From Mayamaea pseudoterrestris (taxonomy: Eukaryota), in the NCBI GenBank assembly GCA_027923505.1, contig BROI01000002.1, positions 1,116,001 to 1,180,000 on the forward strand: a DNA stretch of 64,000 bases, in the 5' to 3' direction. The position numbers and the translations under genes are program-made. Each line of letters begins with the position of its first letter. Position 1 is the stretch's first letter. Below are positions 46,840-58,200 of this stretch, one piece after another. The notes beneath the pieces are model-generated. The model was not told where the DNA came from and did not search any database. It saw nothing but the letters and a program-made list of their open reading frames with translations.

Positions 46840-48651
46840 TTAGTGCTTCGTACAGACCATCATGTGATAAGCCCTGTTCACCTTCCAGTATTCCACTCGT
46901 CGTCTCGCTTGTTGCTTGGCCAGCGTTGCGAGATCCTGATCCAGCGCCCGAATGCGAGAATTCGTTCCACTATAAACACTTGCAAGCCACATGGCACGAT
47001 TCAGTAGTCGTTGCCCAGCCTTGGCAACGTTTCGCTGTCGCCACGGTTGTCGCTTGCGGCTTGGCTGCATGGATGTCAGACCAGCAAGCTCATATTCAAG
47101 GCTCAAGTCACGAGCGCTCTGCATCGTGCAGTTGTTTCTCGTCAATGACTCCTTCCAGGCCGAGTGCGAAACCAAGGACGGTAGGAGGTTGTCACGCTGC
47201 ATAACCTTGCTCTGCCCAAACACAGTCGGCGCCACCAAAGCAACGTCATTTAGCATGATTAGCACGCCTCCTGGTATCAATGTTTGCATCAAGTTTTTCA
47301 AAGTATTATCAATGGATCGACTGAAAGTGAGTGATTCAATCGCGACAACAGCATTGTATGCGCTGGACGATAAAGGAGCATCAAAGCTCCTTTGCTCAAA
47401 CGTTACATTCGTCATGTCGACGCCAGATTCATTGGCAAAGTGTCTAGCAAGAAACACTTCAGCTCCACTGATGGTAATGCCATGGTGACTGAAGCTCGAG
47501 TAGTTGCTTGGAAGGAGCGTGTATAGTAAACCACCGACGCCGCACCCAACGTCTAGTATTGACAAACGGTTTGCAGAAGAAGGAACGTGATTGCGCAATG
47601 CTTTTCCGACCAATCGCGTCACTGTCGTTTCACCGAGCCATCGTAGAGATTGAGTTGCATTGTTGTCTATCATGATTGCCTCTCGATCGACCACCGGCTT
47701 GAGGCTCGTCGATTGGCTCGTGCTCAACCATGCTTGTAAATCATCGAGAGCGACCATCGACTGCACCAACATAGTGTGCATTGCCAATGGTGCTGATGAA
47801 GTCATTACTTCGTTATTTAGTGATGGCAATTGCAAGTAGTGATGTACAGACGCATTCATTGTCCATGCTCCGTTCGACGTGTCGCGCATGCAATCCTGAA
47901 GACTGTTCCACAAGGCCGCGTCGGAGAAGCGACAGGCCGCTCCATACGCACTGGCTCCTTCGCACGACCTTGTATAATGCAAAACGTCAAACAAGTGCTG
48001 CAGCCGCCACACATACTGCAAGTATGTAGCAATACTGGCAGCGAGTATGATCAATGGTAATGAAGCAAATGCAAACCTTCGTCGGCGATGGTACTTTTGT
48101 ACTCGCATCAAAGCTTGATGCCGCATTGCTTGGCAGGCTGCAACAAGTTCACTTCCAAGGTCGTGCAACGAGTTTGCGTCATTCGTAGAATTGGTCGTTG
48201 TTTCACTGTGCTGATGCTGGATGGCTGTCAAAAGCCCTGACAGCACAATGGGAGTCAATGCAATGGAAGACTTTTCATCAAATGGATTTTTATCAGCCGC
48301 GTCCGCATCTGGTTCATTGTGTCGCAACTTCAAGCTTTTGCAGCGTCTCTGCAGGTAGGCGAGCGCCGAGGAAAACTCGGTCGAGTCGTGCAATCGAACA
48401 TTTTCAAGGGGTGAGTCGAGCAGCCACTCCTCGTTTCGTCGCTCGTCAATGGAGACCGCCATGGCAAGGAGCTCCAAGGGATTTTGAAAGTCTTGAATGA
48501 TATGTTTGCGTTCGCTATGAATAGAAGCATTGGGATTTGGAGTTGACGATGATGTTTGTGTCTGCTGTTGCAATGAAGTAGGACGATTATGATGTTGCTG
48601 ATTATTCGAGTTTGTCGTCGCTGCAGCGATCTTGCTCCTATTTGATCTCAT
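46840..48651 (-). CDS. Membrane-anchored class I SAM-dependent methyltransferase
   Basis: Motif I 'ILDVGCGVGG', 'GITIS', motif II 'YNAVVAIESL', motif III 'LIPGGVLIM'; one TM helix after 'RRRRF'. Confidence 0.85.
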   Translation of the reverse strand: MRSNRSKIAAATTNSNNQQHHNRPTSLQQQTQTSSSTPNPNASIHSERKHIIQDFQNPLELLAMAVSIDERRNEEWLLDSPLENVRLHDSTEFSSALAYLQRRCKSLKLRHNEPDADAADKNPFDEKSSIALTPIVLSGLLTAIQHQHSETTTNSTNDANSLHDLGSELVAACQAMRHQALMRVQKYHRRRRFAFASLPLIILAASIATYLQYVWRLQHLFDVLHYTRSCEGASAYGAACRFSDAALWNSLQDCMRDTSNGAWTMNASVHHYLQLPSLNNEVMTSSAPLAMHTMLVQSMVALDDLQAWLSTSQSTSLKPVVDREAIMIDNNATQSLRWLGETTVTRLVGKALRNHVPSSANRLSILDVGCGVGGLLYTLLPSNYSSFSHHGITISGAEVFLARHFANESGVDMTNVTFEQRSFDAPLSSSAYNAVVAIESLTFSRSIDNTLKNLMQTLIPGGVLIMLNDVALVAPTVFGQSKVMQRDNLLPSLVSHSAWKESLTRNNCTMQSARDLSLEYELAGLTSMQPSRKRQPWRQRNVAKAGQRLLNRAMWLASVYSGTNSRIRALDQDLATLAKQQARRRVEYWKVNRAYHMMVCTKH

Positions 48652-49222
48652 TTAATGCATGAAAACCAATCACTATGTAGGTCCTTTATATTTCAAGAGT
48701 ATACCTTGGGCAAGCTAAATAGTTTTTGCCGCGTTTCCTGTCACTTACGTGCCTCGGATCATCGCCATGGTCGTCGTGCAATTTTTGATTAATGAAGCAG
48801 GTCTCAGCGTTACTCCTTTGCTTGCCAAAATTAGCTAGCGGCAACCAGCCAGCGCTTTCGACTACCGAGCAGCCCAGATGTCATGCTTGGCAGTCATTGA
48901 TTGAAATTGTAATCCATATACTAGCAGTAAAAATCCACAGCTAACCACGAGCCGCTCACCGACCATGGAAGATTATTACGCGATACAAAAACCACAAATC
49001 ACGCATCCATCTCTGCTGTTTGAGCTGCATAACCAGTCTACCACTATTGCGTTGCGGCTAGTGAATAATTCTGGAGATATACATAATGACTGGCGATTGC
49101 ACCTTTCGGTAAAAATTAGAATTATCCCTTCATTTACTGTTAGCTATTCTTTACCAATCACACGCACAACAAAACCCAGCGGCGCTAGCGCATTGCAGCC
49201 TCATTAGCTCACCGTCACCCTT

Positions 49223-50439
49223 TTACCACTGGCGAACAAAGCCGCCACTTCCAAATCCGCGACCGTCGTCACCTCCAATGACTGGTTCTGTTGGCGCAGA
49301 TGCCTGTCCCGTGCTGTAGGGTTCCACCCAAGCCGTCAATGGGAACTCAACCGTGGCACTGTTGACAACACGTACGACATTGCCGCTTCCGGGAGTCTCA
49401 ATCACCATGAAGAATGGTCGATCAAGTCCATCCTCAGTGTATAATTCAACGACTTGCTTGTTGTTGTTCGGTCCTTGGAGCAACTCAATTCTGGATCGCA
49501 GAGGTCGGCCATCCGTCTTGAGCAACACCTGAACACTATCGACGGAAGGATCAAATGGGTAGGTGCGAAGTGCACCTCCTTGAATCGTCATGGGTGGTCC
49601 TTTCAAGTCGTTCAACTTGGCAGCAGGCAATGGGCTATCTTGGCTGCCATCTTCGGCGAGCACATGAGCATCCAATGGGAATTCAAGCTGTCCAGTATTT
49701 CTGTCGCAAGCAGAAAATCGTTAGTTGGTGTTGTTGAGGTCGATTATATTGTGCCGATAAAAATCAATCATCTTACCGTATTTGAACCGTGTTGGGTCCA
49801 CGGGGAGTCTCAATGACGGCACTGAAGGGACGAGTTGCGCCATCTTCCACATAGATGCGCATCTACAATAAGAAAAAAGGTTGGGTTATCGCAACATCCG
49901 ATGCATTAAATTAAAGAATCTTCAAGCAAATACAAGGACTGTCGAAGCCAGCGCCCACAACTTACCTTGCATGGTGTATTGTCTGGTCCTTGCCACAAAG
50001 AAACATCAGCATCCAAAGGACGTCCTTCTGTCTTTAAAACAACATGAATTCGCTGAATCAAAGGGCTCGCAAATGACCAAGTCTTGAGCGATCCACCCTG
50101 CACCTTTACCTTGTTGGAGGTGGAAGTAATGATGGAGGCAGGTCCAGGCTTTTCGTCGCTGGCAGCCTGGCCATTGAACGATCGTTGCTGCTGCTGCGCT
50201 GCATTTCCAGTTGGTGCTAGCTTGCGGCCCTTGAAGACTTCATCATTGGTTGCCGACAAGTCACCACTGTTTTGCTGGGGAGTGCTCGCTAGTTCACCTC
50301 CACCCAGGTTGGAAAGGTAGGAGAAGAAGGGAGGCTGTTCCGTTCGGGTCTTTAATCCAAAGCGCTTGGACGGCTGGTTTAGAAAGGCAGCAGTCGAGAC
50401 CACGCTGGATGCCAGTACGAGCTGATTGAAGACCTTCAT
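49223..50439 (-). CDS. Plastid-targeted protein of unknown function with internal two-fold domain repeat, paralog A (3 exons)
   Basis: ATG 50439; signal peptide ending 'TAA-F'. Introns 49965-49863 and 49776-49701 (both GTAAG...AG) restore the frame. Repeated module 'QGG.L.T...V.LKT.GRPL.....L.QGP.N......Y.EDG..RPF...IETP'. Confidence 0.85.
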
Positions 50440-50989
50440 GGTGATGCAGAGTGAATGGCTTTTGTGTTGAAATGGTTGGAGTGATTGGAAGATCTTGTTG
50501 GACGCACCTCCGCGAAGTAGCGAGCGTCGGTCATCGTGACGGGACATGAGCCTCTCGTACGTCATTCTTTTGGCGATGGCTCAATTCTCAGCCAATGAAA
50601 TCGTTGCTTCGTCACGCCAAATTTTCAAATAGATTGGCTTGCTCGCCGAGGCGAGACGGGCGTTTAGTTAATTAGACCGTCAAGCCGGGCGGTAACACTA
50701 GATGAAAGCCAGCTATTGTGTCGTCACCATATCTTCCTTGACCGACTCGTTATCCTGCAGCATAAAACAAAATGCAGTGCCCATTTGATTACTGCTTGAT
50801 CTGATACAACCAATCAATCGCTACAGTATGTCTAATGTAAGGGCCAACATGCCTCTTTATTTCGTTATAGCTAGTAAAACAACATTGTCCATTGTGCGTC
50901 ATTCGCCCCAATCAACATACAAAGCTCGTGCATCAATTTATAAATTCACCATCGCCTCCATTCGTGCGCGTGCAAGTGGTACAAGTTTT

Positions 50990-52144
50990 TTACCACTGCT
51001 TGATAAAGCCGTTTGATCCGTAGCGACCATCGTCACCGCCAATGACCGGTTCAGTGGCTGCTCGCGACGACCCAATGCTGTAAGGTTCCACCCACGCCGT
51101 CAATGGGAATTCCACCGTGGCGGAATTGACGACGCGGACAACGTTTCCGTCACCTGGCGTTTCAATGACCATGTAAAAGGGACGTTCCAAACCATCTTCC
51201 GTGTAAACTTCAACGACTTGCTTGTTATTGTTAGGCCCCTGGAGCAGCTCGATTCTCTGTGTGGAATAAAGGAAAGCATCACAGGTGAGCAAATCAATTC
51301 ATTCTCAAAGCAATGAAAGCAAGCTGCAGCCACTACATAAACATACCGAGTTGAGCGGACGTCCATCCGTCTTGAGCAAGACTTGCACGCGGTCCACCGA
51401 CTGGTCAAACGGATAGGTCCTTAGCGCTCCACCCTGAATGGTCATTGGCTCGTTCAACAGTTCCGTCGACTGCGAGGCCGGAAAGGATCCACTCGTCGAC
51501 GGGTCTTCGGCAAGTACGTGTGCCATTAACGGAAACTCCAATTGACCAATGTTGCGAATCTGGACTGTGTTTGGTCCCCGGGGAGTTTCAATCGTTGCAT
51601 GAAAGGGTCGCACAGCTCCATCCTCCACGTAAATGCGCATCTTGTGTGGAGTATTGTCTGGTCCCTGCCACAAGGCAATGTCGGCGTCGAGTGGTCGACC
51701 TTCGGTGCCGAGGACAACGTGAATGCGCTCCACTTGGGGACTGGCATATGACCATGTCTTGAGCGAGCCTCCCTGTACTGTGATTTTGCCAGCCTTGGCA
51801 GTGATCAAACCTGCTGGACTTGGCCTTTCGTCGGAAGATTCCTTGGCTTGCGTTCCTCCGCCGAGCGATCGCTGCCTTTGTCCGGCGCCGCCGGCTGCTT
51901 GTCCATTGGTGTTTCGGTACGAGGATGGATCCTAGAGAGAGAGACAGTGGAGGTGAGTATCGACATCACTCAATGAAACTTTCGAAACTGTTCTTCCGAC
52001 ACTTACATTCTGCGAAATGGATTTTGCCAAGTCGTTGCTATTTTCCGTCGTGCTGGCAAGAAATGTGACTGTTCGACGATGCTGAGCAGGCGCCTGAAAG
52101 GCGTCGACGGCTAGAAAAAGTGTGGTTGCGGCAAAGATCTTCAT
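50990..52144 (-). CDS. Plastid-targeted protein of unknown function with internal two-fold domain repeat, paralog B (3 exons)
   Basis: ATG 52144; signal peptide ending 'VDA-FQAP'. Introns 52006-51932 and 51346-51257 restore the frame. Highly similar to paralog A, including the C-terminal '[11 protein letters not shown]...GF..QW'. Confidence 0.85.
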
Positions 52145-52889
52145 GGTTGAGAATGCTTTGCTTGAAAAAAGTGATTCGATTTGGATCTGCTTGTGATGTT
52201 TGGTGTCTGACAAGTGGATCGATGTTTGTGGCGTCTTTCGTCTGCGCAAGCTGGAGTTGCAGTCGGCGAATGGGCGAGGTGCAAAGAACGATTGCTTGCC
52301 TCACGAATTTCCGAATTGGTTGGCATACGCATGTCCTCCTTGGCGGTCGATTTATGACGAGACATGGTTTGCTCGCATCAAAAAGCGAACTTGGCATGTC
52401 GGAAATCTTGTTAATTCGTGACGTGTAATTCGTTTTCACAACGGTGCGTCATTTCTCGTGTCCAGTGTCACTATCGAACATCGCTCGTGTATGAAAAGAT
52501 GCGAGTCATGAGTCTGAGCCGTAAGTTCGGTCTGACTCGATCAGAGTCAGAACGGTCCCTTCCCTTGGCGCAAAGTGAAATTGCCGGCGCGCGGAACACG
52601 TTTTCAGTACTCACGCTGTAGAAAACAACCGTGCTCATTTCCGTTGCCCCCAGACGTGTAACGACTCTTTATCGGTCGTGTCTGAGCGCTACTTGCGCAC
52701 AAAGCAGACCCACACGAATGCCTAAACATGCCCGGAAGTCCATGCCCAGTGAATGTGTAGCTCTGGTCATGCTACGATACCGGTACGAGTAGAAGTAGAC
52801 TTGTAAGCACAAAAACACTGAATGAGGCAGCTCAAGGGCATGCCCTTTAAGTTGTGCCTTCTTCATAATGCATCAAGTTTGTTACAACT

Positions 52890-53125
52890 CCTTGTCACCA
52901 AGCTTGTCATCCTCTGTGGTTCCCAGTATGTCCTGTCTCCCAGCACTCAACCCAAGCAGCTTTTCATCAAGTGTGTCATCAAGTCATTCCAGCACCAAGC
53001 CCATTGTGTCATCAAACGCAAAGCCCAATCTCCTTCCCAGTGCAGCGCCAAGCTTGTCACTCTGTGGCTCTCAGTTTGTCTCCCAGCACTCACCCCAACA
53101 GCTTGCCATCAAATGTCTCAGTGCA
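52890..53125 (+). repeat. Degenerate ~150-bp tandem duplication resembling decayed Pro-Ser-repeat coding sequence
   Basis: CAAGCTTGTCA...CTCTGTGG...TGTCTCCCAGCACTCA.CCCAA occurs at 52899 and 53049. Confidence 0.6.
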
Positions 53126-53134
53126 GTACCATAT

Positions 53135-53412
53135 ACCGCTTGTTGCCGACATTCTAGCTATCTCCGTTAAACGAGAAGCAATTGTCAATGAACGTTTGCT
53201 CCAAGCGAATCGTTCGAGACTGACTCATGACTTTAAAGTTGACGAGCAGATCCTCAAAAAGGTATACGACCCTAACAAGCTCGAAGAACGATGGATCAGT
53301 CCTTATTCAATTGAACAAGTCCACGTTAATGGAACGGTTACCATTCGCCTCTCGCCTATGGTGACTGACTGAGTTAATATTCGGCATATCAAGCCGTACA
53401 GGCAAGACGTCT
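53135..53412 (+). mobile_element. Ty3/Gypsy integrase C-terminal (GPY/F) remnant
   Basis: 'NRSRLTHDFKV...KLEERWISPYSIEQVHVNGTVTI...*VNIRHIKPY' matches the Gypsy integrase tail; in-frame stop at 53370. Confidence 0.75.
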
Positions 53413-53698
53413 AAGTTTTGCGCAGCTCCCTTGTTTCAATCTACCAAGATTGAGCTAAATTACGGCACCCTGTGCGACAGGAAGGCCGCTGCCACTTTAC
53501 AAACAAGAAGGAAGACATTTTACCCCAGCTACCCTCATGGTCGCTCTTAGTGTGGGAGAGTGTGCTATCTAACACAATTCACATGCACCGGCCCAGCCTC
53601 AACGGCAAGCCGGACAGTCAACGGACACGCCCGTCGGGTATTAGCGAAGATGGGCGATCCTGTTGCGACATCTGCAATCCTCGCCAGTGAAAGAGCAA

Positions 53699-54099
53699 TG
53701 ACACGATGCAGTTCCAGTTCGTACGGCTGCAACGATTCCTCACCCTCTGTAGTCGGTTTCCAAGTGAGCGGGATGATCAGTCCTTTACCTTGGTTTATCC
53801 TACAGGGGTCTTATCCTACAAAACGCTAGTTGATTAAGCAGTTCTCTAGAAAGTGAGTTGATTTACGATCGGTCGAGAAAGAGCGATTGATCAGATGGCT
53901 CTTTCAAGACCATTCACGATAGTGAATACTAATCTTGTTTAATCGTGCCTGCGGCTGGCACACATGCAATATTTCAATGACGTAGTTGTGAGTAGATGTC
54001 TTTTCTGGTACCGCAACGGAGGTTCGAGTACTATGCTCGTGCGCCCCCGGCGACGTCTAGGTTCGCGTCAAGCGACTGGACTAGATCGTCATTGTGACA
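53699..54099 (-). repeat. LTR copy 1 (401 bp)
   Basis: Appears identical to 54816-55216 and 61668-62068; TG...CA ends. Confidence 0.95.
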
Positions 54100-54815
54100 C
54101 TCCCCTTGTAGGTGTGCCAGGACGGGTGTAAGCTCAATGAGCTCCCCTGGAGTCGGCTCCCCTTGAGGCAGTGACGGGTCCATAAGGTAGAATTCGAGTT
54201 CTCCAGGATCCAAGGTTTCGCCACGCCAGAACAGTAATGGTTTGAGTAGGGGCCATGCGTCGATGTAGGGTAGGTATTTGGTAAGCGCGTCGGAAGCGTT
54301 TTCCTTGCCAGCAATCTTGACGAACTTGATAATTCCGGCTGCTACACACCACTGGATACGGTGATATGCGAGGGCATTGTGGCGCTTGGTGAGTGTGGAT
54401 GTAGGCACTGTACACTGCGTGATGACTGATTGGTTATCACCGAGTAGCCATGATGAGGACTCGATGGGAACACCCATTGCCATGAGTGACGCGCGTATGC
54501 CTAGGATATGGTTGGTTGCAACGCGTCCACTCATGAGTTCAGAGCCAAAGGTCGCGTGTTCGACGGTATCTTGAAGTTTGGCAAACCACTTGAACGGAGT
54601 CTGCTGAATGAAGTGAAGGATTCCAGTGCATGCTTTGCCGGTGACTTTGCAATGCATCAGGTTGGCATCTTTGAGGGTAGTAAGGCGAACTGTCTTGCCC
54701 TTTGGTTTCGGCCAGAGTGAAAGGACCTCTTCCTTGGGGTTGTCGTAGACGGTTTGTTGCCAGTCATAGGTTGGTGAGTCGCCGAAGATGATTTCGTTCT
54801 GCGGCCACTGGGTGC
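53699..54815 (-). mobile_element. 3' end (RNase H + 3' LTR) of an outer Copia copy
   Basis: Appears identical to 54816-55932 (offset 1117). LTR at 53699-54099 is preceded on the minus strand by the purine tract GGGGAG. Confidence 0.93.
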
Positions 54816-55216
54816 TGACACGATGCAGTTCCAGTTCGTACGGCTGCAACGATTCCTCACCCTCTGTAGTCGGTTTCCAAGTGAGCGGGATGATCAGTCC
54901 TTTACCTTGGTTTATCCTACAGGGGTCTTATCCTACAAAACGCTAGTTGATTAAGCAGTTCTCTAGAAAGTGAGTTGATTTACGATCGGTCGAGAAAGAG
55001 CGATTGATCAGATGGCTCTTTCAAGACCATTCACGATAGTGAATACTAATCTTGTTTAATCGTGCCTGCGGCTGGCACACATGCAATATTTCAATGACGT
55101 AGTTGTGAGTAGATGTCTTTTCTGGTACCGCAACGGAGGTTCGAGTACTATGCTCGTGCGCCCCCGGCGACGTCTAGGTTCGCGTCAAGCGACTGGACTA
55201 GATCGTCATTGTGACA
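54816..55216 (-). repeat. LTR copy 2 (3' LTR of inner element)
   Basis: Follows the purine tract GGGGAG on the minus strand; pol stop codon (55148) lies within it. Confidence 0.95.
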
Positions 55217-58200
55217 CTCCCCTTGTAGGTGTGCCAGGACGGGTGTAAGCTCAATGAGCTCCCCTGGAGTCGGCTCCCCTTGAGGCAGTGACGGGTCCAT
55301 AAGGTAGAATTCGAGTTCTCCAGGATCCAAGGTTTCGCCACGCCAGAACAGTAATGGTTTGAGTAGGGGCCATGCGTCGATGTAGGGTAGGTATTTGGTA
55401 AGCGCGTCGGAAGCGTTTTCCTTGCCAGCAATCTTGACGAACTTGATAATTCCGGCTGCTACACACCACTGGATACGGTGATATGCGAGGGCATTGTGGC
55501 GCTTGGTGAGTGTGGATGTAGGCACTGTACACTGCGTGATGACTGATTGGTTATCACCGAGTAGCCATGATGAGGACTCGATGGGAACACCCATTGCCAT
55601 GAGTGACGCGCGTATGCCTAGGATATGGTTGGTTGCAACGCGTCCACTCATGAGTTCAGAGCCAAAGGTCGCGTGTTCGACGGTATCTTGAAGTTTGGCA
55701 AACCACTTGAACGGAGTCTGCTGAATGAAGTGAAGGATTCCAGTGCATGCTTTGCCGGTGACTTTGCAATGCATCAGGTTGGCATCTTTGAGGGTAGTAA
55801 GGCGAACTGTCTTGCCCTTTGGTTTCGGCCAGAGTGAAAGGACCTCTTCCTTGGGGTTGTCGTAGACGGTTTGTTGCCAGTCATAGGTTGGTGAGTCGCC
55901 GAAGATGATTTCGTTCTGCGGCCACTGGGTGCGAAAGCGGATGGCTGCCTCGGGAAACTTGCGAAGGTAGCCGCATACACGCTTGACTCGGTCGAGGTGT
56001 CCAATGCGAGGCTGTCCGCGGAAGCGTGACAGGCAGGCGGTGGCACTGCAGATATCGAATCGGCCAAGGGTGATCGCCCACTGAAGGGCTCCGACAAACG
56101 ATTGGTAGATCTTAATGTCCGACTCCCCTAAAAGAGACGTCTGGTCGAGTTCCGGGTGGTCATGAGAGTCGAGTGGAGAGCTGTACTTTGGTGGTGGTCC
56201 GTTGAATGTACGCTCGTAGTTGGCTAGAAGCTTGGTGATGTAGGTCTTGGTGCCCCAGAATAGTGTTCCGTCAGGGTCGCGTCCGAAGTCGCCGCCTAGA
56301 TGGTACTCTGGGCATCCAACGCCCTTGAGCTTGAACTTGTACTTGTTGCGAAGAATGTCGTAGAATGCGCCCGGGTCAATCATGATTGCCATAAGGTCAT
56401 GTATTCGTAACAATGGCCAGCATCGCGAATCCAAACGTCTGGATCGGCGTACGAGGCTTTGAAGCCTTCCGCTCGTGGAATCGTGCTCCGCTTGTGCGTA
56501 GGCCGTAGAGTGCTTTGTAGATGATGAGTGTGTGGCCTTCCAAGTCGCCGAACTCAGGTCCAGCGATGAAGTAAATCTTTTCTTTGGTTTTTACTTCGAG
56601 GTAAGCATTTCCGATGTCGCCTACCATGGGAGTGAGTCCATTCAACTCCCCTATCGCCAGCGCTAGGCGCAGCGATTCGAGTGAAACGACGCTCGAGTAT
56701 GAGTCATCGACAGGGTCTGTAAGGTGTCCACCAGCAACCATCCGAGCCTTGTGACGAAAGTCTTGCTTGCAGTCGTAGACCCAGATAGTGCAAATCTTTT
56801 GATAGCCTTCGGGAGGCGCGGCATTCAATCCGAGATCAATGAAGGTGTCGTATTCGAACAGGCTTGACAGCTCTACCTTCTCCGCGTCGGTCCATTTGGT
56901 ATGCCGGAGTTCTTCTTGGAACTTTCGAGCTTCCTTTGGATCGCGTGGTACCTTGACGCCGAACTTGTGTCGAATGCTGCGTCGTTGCTTGGCTTGGTTT
57001 ACGGTTCGACGGGCGATACGTGCGCGTCGGGCTGCGTCACGTAGGAACTTCCAACCTTTCTTGTTGAGTAGTCCGTTCGCCTCGGCGTAGCGAGCGCAGG
57101 AAATGATGTCGTCGCGTGCTAAAGCGTTCAATGGCTCCCAAGTCGTTGAGTTGTCTTCCCACACGACTTTGATGTTATACATGGAGCCTTTCCATCCGTC
57201 GGATTGCTTTGTGAGTGGCCCTTCGTGCGATAGGATTGCTTTAAACGTCCAGTTGTGTTCAGGATCGTTTACCTTTGCTGCTTGGTCCTTTTCGAACAAT
57301 TCGCAGAGTCGGATGTAATCGATGACTTCTTCAGCTTCGTTTTCGCCAATTTTGAGTAGGAACTTGATGTTATGATGGTTGGCTGCGTCCATGGTTTCGA
57401 GCTTGCGAACGATTTTGGCTCGCATGGGCTCCCCATCCTGAGTATGCCAAGTAAACGTTTGATTGACAAGTTCTTCAGGTGAGAATGCAGGTAGTAAATC
57501 GATTGGTCCGCGTGGATGCGCTTGAGGATGGGCTGATGGCGGCCGCTGGTAGGGACTGCTTCCGACGAATGGTTCATCTCCGAAGTAGAACTTGGGTCCG
57601 TCGTCGGCCGTTTCAGTAGGAACGGGTTCATCAGTGGGTAGCCCCTCTTCTTCGGAGCTTTGGGTGCCGAGTTGGAAGCTCTCTTGGAGTCCACCTTCGG
57701 TGTATACGAACATGTCGCCTTCGGGAGAAGCTTCGACTTGTGGTAAATCAAGACGGATGTTTGGGTTAAGATCGTCTCGACGAGCCGTTACAATGCTTCG
57801 GGCGACAACTTGATGTGTTTCCTCGTCCAAGACCCAGTACGTTAGAGCATCACCGACGTTATCAGCTACCCCGACGAAACGTCCAGCGCGCTCATTGGTT
57901 TGGTTGAGCAATGTAGAGTTTGCGCTGTATCGAACGGGCTGCCACCAGTGGTAGTTGAGGTAGGCAGAGATATCGGGTACTTCATTGTATACCTTTTGAT
58001 ATGGGGTCATGCCACCGAGACGTGACTGGGACATGAGGGCGAGTAGAGCTACGATGTGTAGAGTGCATAGCAGCCAGGTTGGTGCAGGCGATCCGGTTCA
58101 ATCCATGTTGACATTGACAGTGCGCTCGACGTCGCCGATAACGCGTTCCGCTGGATTCTGCTGTTGGTTTTCCGGTTCGCTGACCCAGTGCTTACGGATC

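Noticed and set aside
54031..54849. 272-aa ORF starting inside an LTR as a stand-alone RNase H gene
   Set aside because: Chimeric frame created by the nested insertion junction at 54815/54816.
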